DNA of 64,000 bases from Mobula hypostoma (taxonomy: Eukaryota): assembly GCF_963921235.1 (NCBI RefSeq), contig NC_086108.1:87422001-87486000 (forward strand). Reading direction: 5' to 3'. Below, piece by piece: positions 26,976-39,552 of this stretch; positions within the stretch are counted from its first letter, which is position 1; each line of letters opens with the position of its first letter. Below the pieces are notes generated by a model. It did not search any database, was not told the DNA's origin, and worked only from the letters and a program-made list of their open reading frames with translations. Both the position numbers and the translations under genes were made by a program.

Positions 26976-27752
26976 CGCCTTTAGTTTTGGGCACCCCTAT
27001 CATGGCAAACTGACTTGGCCTCTCATATTTTTACATACTTAAGTATGTCACTTCTCAGCCTCCTTTGCTCCAGGGAAAGCAGGTCCCCCAATCCAATGTT
27101 TCCTGTATCTCAAACACTTTTATCCATATGCTTGGGCATCTTCTCCCACTCTCATTCTACATGCCCATGGTATGAATGCGATATGATATACCATTGTTCT
27201 GGGTTAAGGAATATAGCAAATATTAATTTCAACAGCAACCAGTCTTCTGATCTGAATGTGAGCTGTAGATTGAATTTTAAATGCAGTTTAGAATAATGGT
27301 CTTCCTGGAGCTGAGACTGGGGTTGATGGCAATCCAGGAAACACCTCATTCACCTGAGATGTCTGCATATGCATGAATGCAGCCCAGAGACAGTGGTGAT
27401 TAACACTCATATTGGGTGTGTAAGTGTGAAGATCTAGGTGTTTGAAAATTAAGTGCAACCCAAAGGCAGCATTATGAATGCATGGTAACTATATAACTTG
27501 CCCTGTTGTTACCTTGCTTCTTTAACAAATAAAAATGTGATGTGATGTTGGGTCAGGGACCCTCTTCCAAGTGTGTGTCGAATATGATGCCTGCTTGTTT
27601 TGTTGAATAAAGACTTCAATATCACCAGCTTCAGTGTCGCTCTCCGGTGACTTTGTTCACAGTATTGACAACCATGACCAGTAAAACTCATATTCTAGGC
27701 ATGGAAGGACATTGTCCATTACTTCTGAATGTTAACCATATTTTGTACATGT

Positions 27753-27982
27753 TGGGGTGGCATGGTAGCATAGTGGTTAGTGAATTGTGACCAGTGACCA
27801 GGGTTCGATTCCTGCCATTGTCTGTAAGTTTGCTCGTTCTCCCGATGAACGTGTGATATTCTGGGTGCTCCATTTTCCTTCCATATCTCGAAGACAACTG
27901 AGTTAGTAGGTTAATTGTTCGCATGGGTGTAATAGAACAGCACAGGCATGTTGTGCTGGAAGGGTTTATTAGCTTGCTGTAT
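27753..27982 (+). mobile_element. tRNA-derived SINE (V-SINE/HE1-like)
   Basis: A box GGTAGCATAGTGG and B box GGTTCGATTCC. Confidence 0.7.
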
Positions 27983-27989
27983 CTATAGA

Positions 27990-28552
27990 TATAGAAACAT
28001 AGAAAATAGGTTCAGGAGTAGGCCATTCGGCCCTTCGAGCCTGCACCGCCATTCAGTATGATCATGGCTGATCATCCAACTCAGAACCCTGTACCAGCCT
28101 TCCCCCCCATACCCCCTGATCCCTTTAGCCACAAGGGCCATATCTAACTCCCTCTTAAATATAGCCAATGAACTGGCCTCAACTGTTTCCTGTGGCAGAG
28201 AATTCCACAGATTCACCACTCTCTTGTGTGAAGAAGTTTTTCCTAATCTCGGTCCTAAAAGGCTTCCCCTTTATCCTCAAACTGTGACCCCTTGTTCTGG
28301 ATTTCCCCAACATTGGGAACAATCTTCCTGCATCTAGCCATCCAATCCCTTTAGGATTTTATATGTTTCAATAAGATCCCCCCTCAATCTTCTAAATTCC
28401 AACGAGTATGAAAGTCCTGCCATCCCAGGAATCAATCTGGTGAACCTTCTTTGTACTCCCTCTATGGCAAGGATGTCTTTCCTCAGATTAGGGGACCAAA
28501 ACTGCACACAGTGGACCAAAACTGAACACAATGGACCAAAACTTTACACAAT
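27990..28552 (-). mobile_element. CR1 3' fragment with triplicated 20-mer at its 5' junction
   Basis: ORFs [24 protein letters not shown] and VNLWNSLP; atagaaac tail. Confidence 0.9.
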
Positions 28553-28699
28553 ATATAAAAAGTAAAATGTTCTTTAGCTCTTTCCTTGACTTTCCCCTCC
28601 TCCTACCTCACTCAATTACACATTGGTGCAGTCTTTCATCAGTACAATCTGACCATGGGGCCAACTATAATAGGCGCCAGGAATAATATTGAATACCAT

Positions 28700-29250
28700 A
28701 ACGCACACAAAATTGTGAAGGAACTCAGCAGATCGGACAGCACCTGTGGAGAGCTGATAAATAGCGGATGTTACTGGCTGAGGCCTTTCATCAGGACTGG
28801 GAAGGACGGGGTCAGAAGCCAGAAAAAGAAGATGGGGAGAGGAGAAGGAGTACAAGCTGGCAGGTGATAGGTGAAACCAAGTGAGGGAGAAAGTGGATCG
28901 GTGGGTGGGGGAGGGGATGAAGTAAGAAGTTGGGAAGTGATAGGTGGAAGAGGTAAACAGCTGAAGAAAAAGAAATCTGATAGGAGAGGGCAACAGACCA
29001 TGGGAGAAAGGAAAGGAGGGGCATCAGGTGGAGGTTATGGACAGGTGAGAAGAGAAGGGGAAGAGGGGAACCAGAATGGGGAATGGAAAATAGAGAAGAG
29101 GGAATGGGGAAGAGAAATTACTGGAAGATGGAAAAATTAATGTTCTTACCATCAGGTTAGAGGCTACCCAGGTGCAATACAAGGCAATGTGCCTCCAACA
29201 TGAGTGTGGCCTCATCTGGCAGTAGAGGAGGCCATGAAGACCATTCACTC
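28700..29250 (-). mobile_element. Penelope-like element 3' fragment
   Basis: Homologous to 12666-13455; degenerate hammerhead cctgatgaaaggcctcagcc on the minus strand. Confidence 0.85.
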
Positions 29251-30057
29251 ACTGTGGCACATTTAAGAAGACCCAGAACTTTTATTATTAGTATTATCTG
29301 ATACGTTTACCAGGATGTTATTGGGGGCCACTCTGGGTGATGAACTATTTTAGTTAAAGATCGAACCCAACCGAGATTCTGATTCACTTCTGAAAATATA
29401 TTCAGTTAATTCTTTGAACTTCATATTTAACAGGAAATCTGCATGGCTTCTTCATCTCTAGGTACTTCAGGTATATAATTGGGATATTTTGGTAACGTGG
29501 GAGCCTTCAGTACCACTGAAGGTGAAATCAAATCAGGGCAAATATTACCCAATATACAGCATTGATGTAGATAATATATGTTTACTGTCTGGCATAACAT
29601 TTTAAATTACTGGAAGCTAAAATGATGCTAAACTAGAGTTAGTGGTTCAAAATGATCACACTTTGTTTGATTCGCTTAGCATCAGGTTATCTTGAAGAAT
29701 AAATTTGACTCATAATTGAATTTCAGATGAAATCAGAAGAACTGTAGGATACTTCTTTAATATCAAAGATATTACTGATTTGGTCGATAAAATTTGCTCA
29801 GCAGAACACCTGCAAAATAGTTTGACTTATCTCCACCGTAGCTGTTTATTTTTTTTAAGTTGATGTGGAATAATCCATTAAAGCTAAACTGTGATGAAGC
29901 TGACTCTCAGTAATTCAGACTTGCTCTTCAATATATGTAATAAATGTGTGGAAATAGTTCCGTACAGAGCAGTCCTGATTTCTCGTTCAAGCCCTAATTC
30001 TATGTGCTTGATTCACATTTGCCTCATAGGTTTGCTCTCACTTGGTTTGTAACAATA

Positions 30058-30259
30058 ATGCCATGTGCCTTGAACTTTGCTGCCAACCTGTCCTGGCTCT
30101 TTCCGGAGGTGGACACTCTGCTCCTTCGGGTGAAGGCAGCTGCCTGCGCTGGGTTCCAGGCAGTGGAGGTGGCGTGGCCTTATGATACTGAAGCAACAGA
30201 GCTGAAGGCAGCGTTGGAGAAAAATGGACTGGAGATCGTACTGATTAATACCCCACCAG
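30058..30259 (+). CDS. hyi: Putative hydroxypyruvate isomerase, coding exon 1 (202 nt)
   Basis: MPCALNFAANLSWLFPE...AGFQAVEVAWPY...VLINTPPG is the HYI N-terminus. Donor CAG|GTAAAT at 30260; upstream acceptor ctcatag at 30029. Confidence 0.95.
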
Positions 30260-30271
30260 GTAAATATATCT

Positions 30272-30737
30272 TGTGCCAAGCTGAAGCTACCCTCCAGGTG
30301 GAGGAGCAACATCTTGTATTCCGTCTGGGTGGCCTCTAACCTGATGGCATGAATATTGATTTCTCCTTCCAGTAAAAAAAATTCCCTTCCACCTTAGCTT
30401 CTTCCCTCTTCTCCCTTGTCTATCACCTTACCCCTGGTGCCCCCACCTCCTTCCCTTTCTCCTATGGTCCACTTTCCTCTCCTATCAGATTCCTTTCTCT
30501 CCAACCCATCTTTTCTACTCACCTGCCTTCACCTATCACCTTCCAACAATCCTTACCCTCCCCCATCCTGTTTTTCTGGCATTTTCCCCTTTTCTTTTCA
30601 GTCCTGAAGAAGGGTCTTTGTTCATAACATTGACTGTTTATTCATTTCAATAAATGCTGCCTGACTTGTTGAGATTCTCCAGCATTTTGTGTGTGTTGCT
30701 TTGGATTTCCAACATCTGCCGACTTTCTAGTGTTTAA
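30272..30737 (+). mobile_element. Penelope-like element 3' fragment in hyi intron 1
   Basis: EATLQVEEQHLVFRLG (GIY-YIG C-end), pyrimidine tract, cctgaagaagggtc hammerhead relic, cattttgtgtgtgttgc end. Confidence 0.88.
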
Positions 30738-31087
30738 AATGCACTTCCTACTGATGGAACATCAAAACCACAGTGGAATATTGAGCTGGAGAAACTAGGC
30801 AGGAAAGAACATCAACTTTCTGATATAATAACCACATAAATTATTTCAAGAAACGTAGGAGTGAACCTACTAGTGATGTGTCTGGTTTGAAATTTATTTA
30901 GATGAGGGGGCTGTTTGGCCCACCGAGTCGATGCATGCTTTTAGATTGGTCCTATCAACCTGTTTATTTCACAGAAGCATATCGCATGTAAACAGGCTCC
31001 TTGGCCTGTCACGGACACACTGATTACCAGCCACCCACCTACAATAATCCTATCTTAATTCCTCCCTTTGTTCTTACCTCATATCAC

Positions 31088-32440
31088 AAGGTTCTTTGAA
31101 GTAGGTACAGAGGAGATGTCAGGGGTAAGTTTTTTACGCAGAGAGTGGTGAGTGCGTGGAATGGGCTGCCGGTGGCGGTGGTGGAGGCGGGAATGATAGG
31201 GTCCTTTAAGAGACTCCTGGATGGCTACATGAAGCTTAGAAAAATAGAGGGCTATGGGTAAGCCTAGGTAGTTCTAGAGATAAGGACATGTTCGGCACAG
31301 CTTTGTGGACTGAAGGGCCTGTATTGTGCTGTAGGTTTTCTATGTTTCAAACTAAACATTTTACACCTTACCTACACGTCAGGGACAGTTTACAATCCGT
31401 CAATTAACTGATGTCTTTGGGATGTGGGATGAAACCAGAACTCCTGGTAGAATATTTGGTAGATTTCAATGAGTTCACCCTCTCTACCATTCTTCTAAAC
31501 TGAGTTTGGGAAGATGTTGGAGTTTATTATTAAGGATGAGGTTTTGAGGTACTTGGCAGTGAATGATAAAGTAGGCCAAAGCCGTTAAGGGGAAATCATG
31601 CTTGACAAATCTGTTGGAATTCTTTAAGAACATAACAGGCAATATAGACAAAGGAGAACCAGTAGATGTTGTTTACTTGGATTTTCAGAAAGCCTTTGAC
31701 AAAATACCACACATGAGACTGCTTAACTTGTTAAGAGCCCATGGTCTTACAAGAAAGATACTAGTATGAATAGAAGATTGCCTGATTGGCAGGAGACAAG
31801 GAGTCGGAATAAAGGGGGCTGAGTCTGGTTGGCTGCCGGTAACAAGTGGTGTTCTGCAGAGGTCAGTATGGCAACCGCTTCGTTCCAAGGGTTAATATAG
31901 GAGGAGCATTTTATGACTCTGGGCCTGTGCTCACTGGAGCTTAGAAGAATCGGGGGAATCTCATTGAAGCCTATTGAATATTGGAAGGCAGAGTGGATGT
32001 GGAGAGGATGTTTCCTATAGTGGGTGAGTCTAGGACCAGACAGCACAGCCTCATAAAGGGACATCCATTTAGGTCAGAGATGAGGCATTTCTTTAGCGAG
32101 AGGGTGATGAATCTGTAGAAGTCATTGCCGCGGACAGCTGTGGGGGCCAGGTCATTGAGTATATTTAAAGCAGAGATTGATAGGTTTTTGATTAGTTAGG
32201 GTGTCAAACATTATGGGGAGAAGACAGGAGAATGCAATTGAGAGGGACAATAAATTAGCCATGATGTAATGATATATCAGACTCAATGGGCCAAGTGGCC
32301 TAATTCTGCTCCTCTGTCTTATGGGCTAACTCCAGTGAGTACAGGCTCAGGGCCATTAGAAGCTTCTCAGTCGTTAATCCTTTCATTCCTGGGATCATCC
32401 TCATGAGCTTCTTCTGGACCCTCTCCAATGCCAGCGCATC
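31088..32440 (+). mobile_element. Cluster of CR1 fragments
   Basis: cagagagtggtgagtgcgtggaat and gatgttgtttacttggattttcagaaagcctttgac on plus; short inverted piece at 32330-32440. Confidence 0.8.
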
Positions 32441-33076
32441 CTCCAGCCTGTTGACTCTATGCTGACCATTGAGTACCTATTTACATTATTCCTATTTTAT
32501 TCACCCCACACTTACAACAACTTCCCGCTGATCCTGCCACTTGCTAACACACTGGGGATAATCTACAGTGGCTAATTAACCTACCGACCCTGATATCATT
32601 GAGATATAGGAGGAAACCGGAGGAAAAGCATAGAAACTCCACACAGACAACCCTGGGAGTCTGCCATGAGGAAGCAGATTGATAGTACCGCCTAGATGGT
32701 CCATCAGTGTTGTAAATGTCAATGGAATCAATTTTCATTCCATAGAAGTCATGCAGCTAGGACGTTCTAATCATGATTGAACGTTAGAGTTCAAGCTCTC
32801 AGATTTCCTGGTATACTCAGATGTAAGAAATGCAATCAGGAGAAGGTCAGCAGACCCTCAAGCCCACTCTGTTACTTGATAGGATCGTGCTTGCTGTTTT
32901 AACTCAGTGTCAGCTTAATACTGGGACTGAGGCTCATGTGGTGGGCCAGCCCATCTTTCACTCCATCATCTGTGCTTCTGCCACAACTAATGCCCTGTTC
33001 AGATCACAGCGGACCTTCTTTGACCCAGCACTGCAGATTCTCAGCATTTGTTCTGTGATGGTCTCTTAATTTCCAG

Positions 33077-33188
33077 GAGACAAAGAAAGAGGAGAACTTG
33101 GGCTCGGAGCTGATCCGCGGCAACAAGCTGAATTCCGCAGAGGATTCAATCTAGCAGTGCAGTATGCCAGAACTGTGAACTGCAAGCG
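33077..33188 (+). CDS. hyi: hyi exon 2 (112 nt)
   Basis: ttccag|...CG|gtaagg; (G)DKERGELGLGADPRQQAEFRRGFNLAVQYARTVNCK(R); phase 1 to 2. Confidence 0.95.
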
Positions 33189-35981
33189 GTAAGGATCAAC
33201 CCCCTTGCTGTTGCTGAATGAGCTTTGACAATTAGCAGAAGCTCAGCAGTAGTGCTGCTGTTGCACAGCTCCAGTCACCCAGGTCCAATCCAGACCTCTG
33301 GTGTTGCCGTGTGCAATTTGCCTCTGCTTCCTGAGGTTGCACATTTCCCCCTCGCCTTCGGGGATTGCAAGCACAGGATCAAGAGGAGAAAGGTTAGGCC
33401 GAGGACTAGAAGAAAGGGAGGCCAAGAGAATGATTGCAGAGGTCCGGAGGAGGACCGGGAGGGGGATGGAGTGTGCTGGAGCAGGCTGAGGATTCCACCT
33501 GGACTGGGGCCATGGGAAGGAGGGAGAGTCCTGGGGTGGGGCTAGAAAGAGAATGAGGGTCCTAGATTAGAGCTAATCCTAGATTGGAATGGGAAATAAA
33601 GATCAGAGCTGAAAGGTGACTTTTAAAGACCATATGCAGCAGAGTTCAGCTATGTTCCATTATTTTACATGCAATAAAATAGCATGAGTACAGAGATTAG
33701 CCAAGCATCCTGCGTTTGCTATGAAGTGGCTGGAATCGAGGTAGTTGTTGCAGGTGGAAGTGTCTGTGCCATTTGGTCCTCGGCTTATCCTCTCTATCTC
33801 AGCCTTTCAATATTTGATAGGCTTCAATGAGATTTGTTTTTATTTATTTAGAGATACATCGTGAAACTGGCCCTTCCTCCCCTTTGAGCCATGCCGCCCA
33901 GCAATCCCACAAAAATCCTGGCCTAATCACGGGACAATTTATAATGACTAATTAACCAAACAAACAGTACGAATTGGACTGTGGGAGGAAACCAGAGCAC
34001 CTGGAGGAGAGCCACGCGGTCACGAGGAGAATGCGCGAACTCCTTACAGGCGGTGTCTGGAATTGGATCCGGGTTTCCTGTACTGTAAAGCATTATGCTA
34101 ACCACCCATCCCGCCCCCTTTCTAGACTCCAGCCAGTACAGGCCTAGAGCCATAAAACACTCCTCGTACATTAATCCTTTCATTCCTGGAAACAGAAACA
34201 TCATTCATTGACTCTGCCTCCATGATCTCATCTCCCAATCTTTAGTGGACAGAATCTCCTCATACCATGGACTGGGTGAACATGTGTTTTCCTTAAAACT
34301 TTGAACACTGAACTGAAGCCCTCTTGAGCTGTGTTCAGAGCATTGACACACAGCAGAAGTAGCTCCCAAATTTGGTAGTTACAGTCCTGTAGTCTGAGTA
34401 GTTATTATAATTCTCTTTATCCTCAATAGTCCAAGTACAGAGTCAGCATTACAATGAATGGTGATTAACAGTCCTGTGTAGCGTACCTGACAGCTGCAAT
34501 CAACACAGCACACAGCATCAAGTGATTGCTGCTCTTATCTGTGTAATGATAGGGCTAGTCTAATGATGCAATGCTTTTGTGACCAAGTGGCCAATCTGTA
34601 GAACAGGATACCCAAGGAGATGGTAAATGCAGATATTATTTGCTCAAATACACATTGGATAAATCTTTTAGAAATTAAGAAGTTATCAGATATATGAAGA
34701 AATCTAGTGTCGAAGTGAAGAACCAGCGGCTTTGGAAAAGTGACTCCAAAAACAATCCATCTCCGCTGATGTTCTTTTCTTGGTTATAATCAACTAATTA
34801 ATAAATATGGTTGAAAGGTGATGGCTAAGATTGGTCAGCACCAGATTGATAAAAAGCAAACAATGCAACTGATTGTTATATGTTTCAGTCCTCCCTAAGC
34901 TTGCTCTTATCCTGGATTGTAATAGGTATACCATCCCAGATGTGTTTTATCAAGTGATCCCAGTCTTCACAGTATTCCAAAACTTTGGATTCATAATCCA
35001 TCTGATGCAAATCAGTTTGTAATCTGGTAGTTTGAAAACTTGGTTCAGATTAAAATCAAATCTGAAAACAATAATAAAAGGTAGAGCTGAAGTGTAAAGG
35101 TGTCCATGAGGAGACTGGATCATTGCTACAAATCCCAGGCAGGTTCTGAACAGCCACTATGGGATTGGTTTATTATTGTCACATGTACCAAGATACAGTG
35201 AAAATCTTGCCTTTGCTTACTGTTCCTGTAGATCAAATCATTACACAGTGCATCGAAGTAAAGCAAGGTAAAACAATAACAATGCAGAATAAAGTATAAG
35301 GGTAGATCATGAGGCCAAGTGTCTAATTTTTTGTACTAGGGAACAATTTAATAGTCTTATAACAGCGGGGTAGTAACTGTCTTTAAGCCTGGTTATATGT
35401 ACTTTCAGGCTTTTGTATCCTCTGCCTGATGGGAGAGGGGAGAAGAAAGAATGTCTAGTGTAGTTTGTATATTTGATTTTGCTGGCTGTTTTACTGAGGC
35501 AGTAAGAGGTATAGACAGAGGCTGTGGGGGTGAGACACATTTCTGTAATGTGCTAATCTGTGTCCACAATTTTCTGCAGTTTCTTGCAGTTACGTGCAAA
35601 GCAGTTGCAATACAAATCCCTTATGCTCGCAGATAGGATGCTTGATAAAGATTGATGAGGGTCGATGGGACATGCCAAATTTCTTTAGTTTCTGAGGAAG
35701 TAGAAGCTGTTAGTTAAGGAGCCTGTCTTCTATCACCTAAAGTCTGATATATGACTCGCAGCCCACACTATTGTGGTTCTTTTAACCTCCCCATGAAAGA
35801 ATGCTGCAAACTCAAAAGATTCAATCAGATTTGGACAATTATGGATGAACATTAAATGTCAACTTTGCCAGTGATGTCAATGATCTTAGAATGAACTTTT
35901 TTAAAAAGATATTCATCTTAAAAATGCTTTAAATTGTTATATCAATGAAACTTTCTAAACTGCACTGTACTTTTTGCTTAG

Positions 35982-36096
35982 GATCCATTTGATGGCTGGA
36001 CGCACTCCAGTGGGCCTAGACAGATCAGCTGATTTCACAAAGATGGAAGCCACATTTATTGAAAATCTGAAATATGCGGCAGATATCCTTTCAATG
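35982..36096 (+). CDS. hyi: hyi exon 3 (115 nt)
   Basis: gcttag|...ATG|gtaatg; IHLMAGRTPVGLDRSADFTKMEATFIENLKYAADILSM; phase 2 to 0. Confidence 0.95.
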
Positions 36097-36239
36097 GTAA
36101 TGGAATGTCAAAACTCGTGATTTCTGTAGACTATGATGAAAACGACTCCTTTTCCCTGTACATCTGTCTTCACCCTGATCACATCTCACACTCTGCACTT
36201 GTTAGGGATTAACTGCAAAATCGCTGTGCAATCATATCT

Positions 36240-36468
36240 AACAGGAAATCTGCAGATGCTGGAAATTCAAGCAACACACATCAAAGTTGCTGGTGAACGC
36301 AGCAGGCCAGGCAGCATCTGTAGGAAGAGGTGCAGTCGACGTTTCAGGCCGAGACCTGACAAAGGGTCTCAGGCCGACGAAGGGTCTCGGCCTGAAACGT
36401 CGACTGCACCTCTTCCTACAGATGCTGCCTGGCCTGCTGCGTTCACCAGCAACTTTGATGTGTGTTGC
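36240..36468. mobile_element. Penelope pseudo-LTR fold-back insertion with 86-bp perfect inverted arms
   Basis: Arms 36271-36356 and 36383-36468 are exact reverse complements. TSD GTGCAATC(A/G)TATCT at 36226-36239 and 36469-36482. Confidence 0.92.
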
Positions 36469-36610
36469 GTGCAATCGTATCTGTCTGCTTAATAGTTAGT
36501 TGGTGGTTTTTACTGTAACCAGCGAGATTAAACACAGATAATAGTACTCAAACCTATGATATCAGTAGCTGGTGAGATTAAGAGTACTAGAACAATTAAT
36601 GTAGATAGCT

Positions 36611-36730
36611 GGGGTGACCGGGTAGCGTAGTGGTTAGCATAACACTTTACAGTACACTAGCTGTAAGATTAGGGTTTGATTCCTGCTGCTGTCTGTAAGA
36701 ATTTGTACATTCGCCCCACGATTGCATGGA
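36611..36730 (+). mobile_element. tRNA-derived SINE head
   Basis: GGTAGCGTAGTGG (A box) and GGTTTGATTCC (B box). Confidence 0.65.
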
Positions 36731-37084
36731 TTTAAAAGGACATTTACTATCAAAGTATATATAAATTATACAACCCTGAGATTCACCTCCTGACAGGCAG
36801 CCACACAATAAGAAACTTGAAAGAACCATTTAAAAATAAGACCAACAAACACCCAATGTGTGGAGAGAGAAATAGAACACAAACCGTGCAAATTATAAAA
36901 GCAAACGAGGCTTGCGGGCTGCCCAGCATGGTCCTCGCTGATTTGATTTGGCGCAAACAATGCATTTCATTGTATGTTTCGATGTAGGTCAGACAAATAA
37001 AGCCAAAGTTTTAATCTGGTGAGAATAGAAACTTGTAATATTCCTAGCATTATTAATATAAGCCTGCTGCGCTCCCTGCTACTA

Positions 37085-37736
37085 TTGATGGTGAGGACCT
37101 AAAAGTACCCTTAGGGGTGCACATGGATGATAGACTTGAGTGGAGCACCAACGCAGAGGCTGTGTACAAGAAGGGCCAGAGTCGCCTCTACTTCCTGAGG
37201 AGAGTGAGGTCCTTTGGAGTATGCAAGCCTCTCCTTTACATGTTCTATCAGTCTGTTGTCGCCAGTACAATCTTCTCTGCAGTTCTGTGCTGGAGCAATG
37301 GCATCAACATGGGTGATGCCAATAGTCTCAATAAACTGATTAAAAATACTGGCTCTGTTTTAGGAGTCAAACTGGACACACTGGAGGCTGAGGTAGAACA
37401 AAGGACCCTATGGAAAATCCTGGCACTTCTGGACAATGTTTCTCACCCTATGCATGTCACCTTGGCTGAACAGGGGAGCACTTTTGGTAATAAACTAAAA
37501 GAACTGTGCTGCTCCAAAGAGTGCTCTATGAAGTCATTCTTACCATCAGCCATTAGGCTCTATAATAAGTCAACCTATAGCCAGGGAAGTGATAACCCCC
37601 TCCTGTTAGATTGTTTGAGGTAACTTATTTTTTATTCTTTATTACTTCTCTTCAAATATTTGTGTATTTGTACGTCTGCACTTGTAATGCTACTGTGACA
37701 CTGTAATTTCCTTTGGGATCAATAAAATATCTATCG
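37085..37736 (+). mobile_element. Rex1/Babar-type LINE 3' end
   Basis: ORF 37117-37623 DDRLEWSTN..KKGQSRLYFLRR..FYQSVVAS..SFLPSAIRLYN; AATAAA then atct tail. Confidence 0.88.
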
Positions 37737-38058
37737 ATAAATAGCTAAAGTGATAGTTATTAGCAATGCAATATCAGTATCTGTGCTTACTGATATTAGA
37801 ATTATTGTTACAGAGAACTTGACTTTCAACCTGGAACTTTGACTTTTTGTCTTCTTTACCTGTTGCACTGTTTGTGACGGTTGAAGAATCTCCTCTATCC
37901 TCCTGATATTGAGGGCTCTACAGTTTTGACTCCCGAGGAGGTGTAGAGAGCAGGTGGTGCTGTACCTATCAATCTGCCCGAAATTGTGTCTGAAATGTTC
38001 CTTTTTATTCTTCCATGAATCTGGTCTGAACACGTTTGTTTTTGTTGCTTTCAATCAG

Positions 38059-38137
38059 GAGGGAATGGTGGGGTTGATTGAACCTATTAACACACGAATC
38101 ACGGATCCCAACTACTTCCTGAGTACACCACAACATG
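38059..38137 (+). CDS. hyi: hyi exon 4 (79 nt)
   Basis: aatcag|...CATG|gtaaga; EGMVGLIEPINTRITDPNYFLSTPQH with the conserved LIEPIN glutamate; phase 0 to 1. Confidence 0.96.
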
Positions 38138-38357
38138 GTAAGAGAGAACTTGTAAGAGGAAGTGGGTGTTGGGAGGGAGCTGTATAAAATGTTACAGATA
38201 GTAGTGTTATATTACTGAATTTAAATGTACCCTGGTTAGGATGGAATCACAAATGTGACGCACTGAAATCTCCTCAGGCTTATTTTCTCCACTGCTACTT
38301 ATTAGCAGAAAAGAAACACAAATCAAAATTGAATGAATGGGAAGTCCACAAACTGTT

Positions 38358-39552
38358 CATCATCATCAGGTGCCGTGCCCAGTTTGAGCTTTGACTGCCA
38401 TGGCCCACACACTCCTGTTTCGGGTCAAGTGGATCAATTCATTGGTATTCATTTCCAGTCTTCTGGCTGCTGTTTCCGTCATCATTTGTCTTTGTCTTCC
38501 TCTTGCTTTCTTCCCTTCAATCTTTCCCATAATTACCATGCATTCTAACTCCTCTTTCCTAATCACATGTCCAATGAGGTTACGTTGCCTTTTCATGATC
38601 TCATACATTATTTCTCTTTTTGTGTTTGCTCTGTTCATGACATCCTTGTTAGATATTCATTTCGTCCATGATATTCTTTGCATCCTCCTCAAAAACCACA
38701 TCTCTGCTGCTTCAATTCGTTTCCTCATGTTGCTAGATATTGTCCAACATTCTGAGCCATATAACATAACTGGATAAACATAGCACTTCAGTACTCTGAG
38801 GCGGGTTGTCATGCCTAGTTTAGTATTGGTCAGTATACTGTTCATTCTTGTTAAGGTGTCTTTTGCCATCCCTATTCTTCTTTTGATGGCCATGTCGCAC
38901 CTGCCATCTGATGTCACCCAGCTTCCTAAGTAGCAAAAGTTCTGTACTTGTTTTATATCTTCCCCGTTTATTCTCAGCCTGCAGATAGGATTCTCCTTCT
39001 TTTTGGATATCACCATACATCCTGTCTTTTTGCAATTGATAGATAGACCCATTTTTGCACTTTCTTCAACAATTGTATCAATTAAGTTTTGTAGTTCTTC
39101 TCCATACTTGCAATTAACACAGTGTCATCTGTATATCTGAAATTATTGATGTTTTCACCGCCAACTTTGATTCCCAAGATGTCTCTTATCTTTTGTAATA
39201 CTGTTTCACTGTACACATTAAATGAATCGGGAGGAAACACACCCTTGTCTAACGCCTCTCTTGATTTTCGTAAACTGACTCACTTCTCCATCTATTCTTA
39301 CAGCGGCAGTTTGTTCCCAGTACAGATTTCTGATTAGGCGGAGGTCTTTCAAATCTAGATCTAGAGTTTTCTGTAATATTTCAAATAACTTATTGTGCTT
39401 CACTTTATGAAATGCTTTTGTGTAGTCGATAGAATAAACAAATCTTTTTGCGCTTGAATAGCTCGTTCTGATAGTATCCTTAACATCAATATTTCTTGTA
39501 CCTTTGTCTTTCTCAAAACCACATTGTTCTTTACCTGCTTCAGCTTGTATCT
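38358..39552 (-). mobile_element. 5'-truncated RTE-clade LINE, same family as 11231-12166
   Basis: ORFs 38366-38638, 38657-39052 and 39218-39616 (IDYTKAF, RGVRQGC); (CAT)n tail on plus at 38358. Confidence 0.92.

Noticed and set aside
28493..28552. CRISPR-like repeats
   Set aside because: Contiguous 20-mers without spacers, derived from CR1 in a eukaryotic genome.
29337..29393. C/D snoRNA-like GTGATGA...CTGA
   Set aside because: Too short, with no convincing terminal stem or recognisable guide sequence.
29720..29863. Protein-like frame ISDEIRRTVGYFFNIKDITDLVDKICSAEHL upstream of hyi
   Set aside because: No good donor, no recognised homology, and HYI is complete without it.
36133..36499. 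Near-identical ORFs on both strands
   Set aside because: A by-product of the palindromic insertion.
36611..36690. tRNA gene
   Set aside because: A/B boxes but no cloverleaf; it continues into a SINE body found several times in the window.
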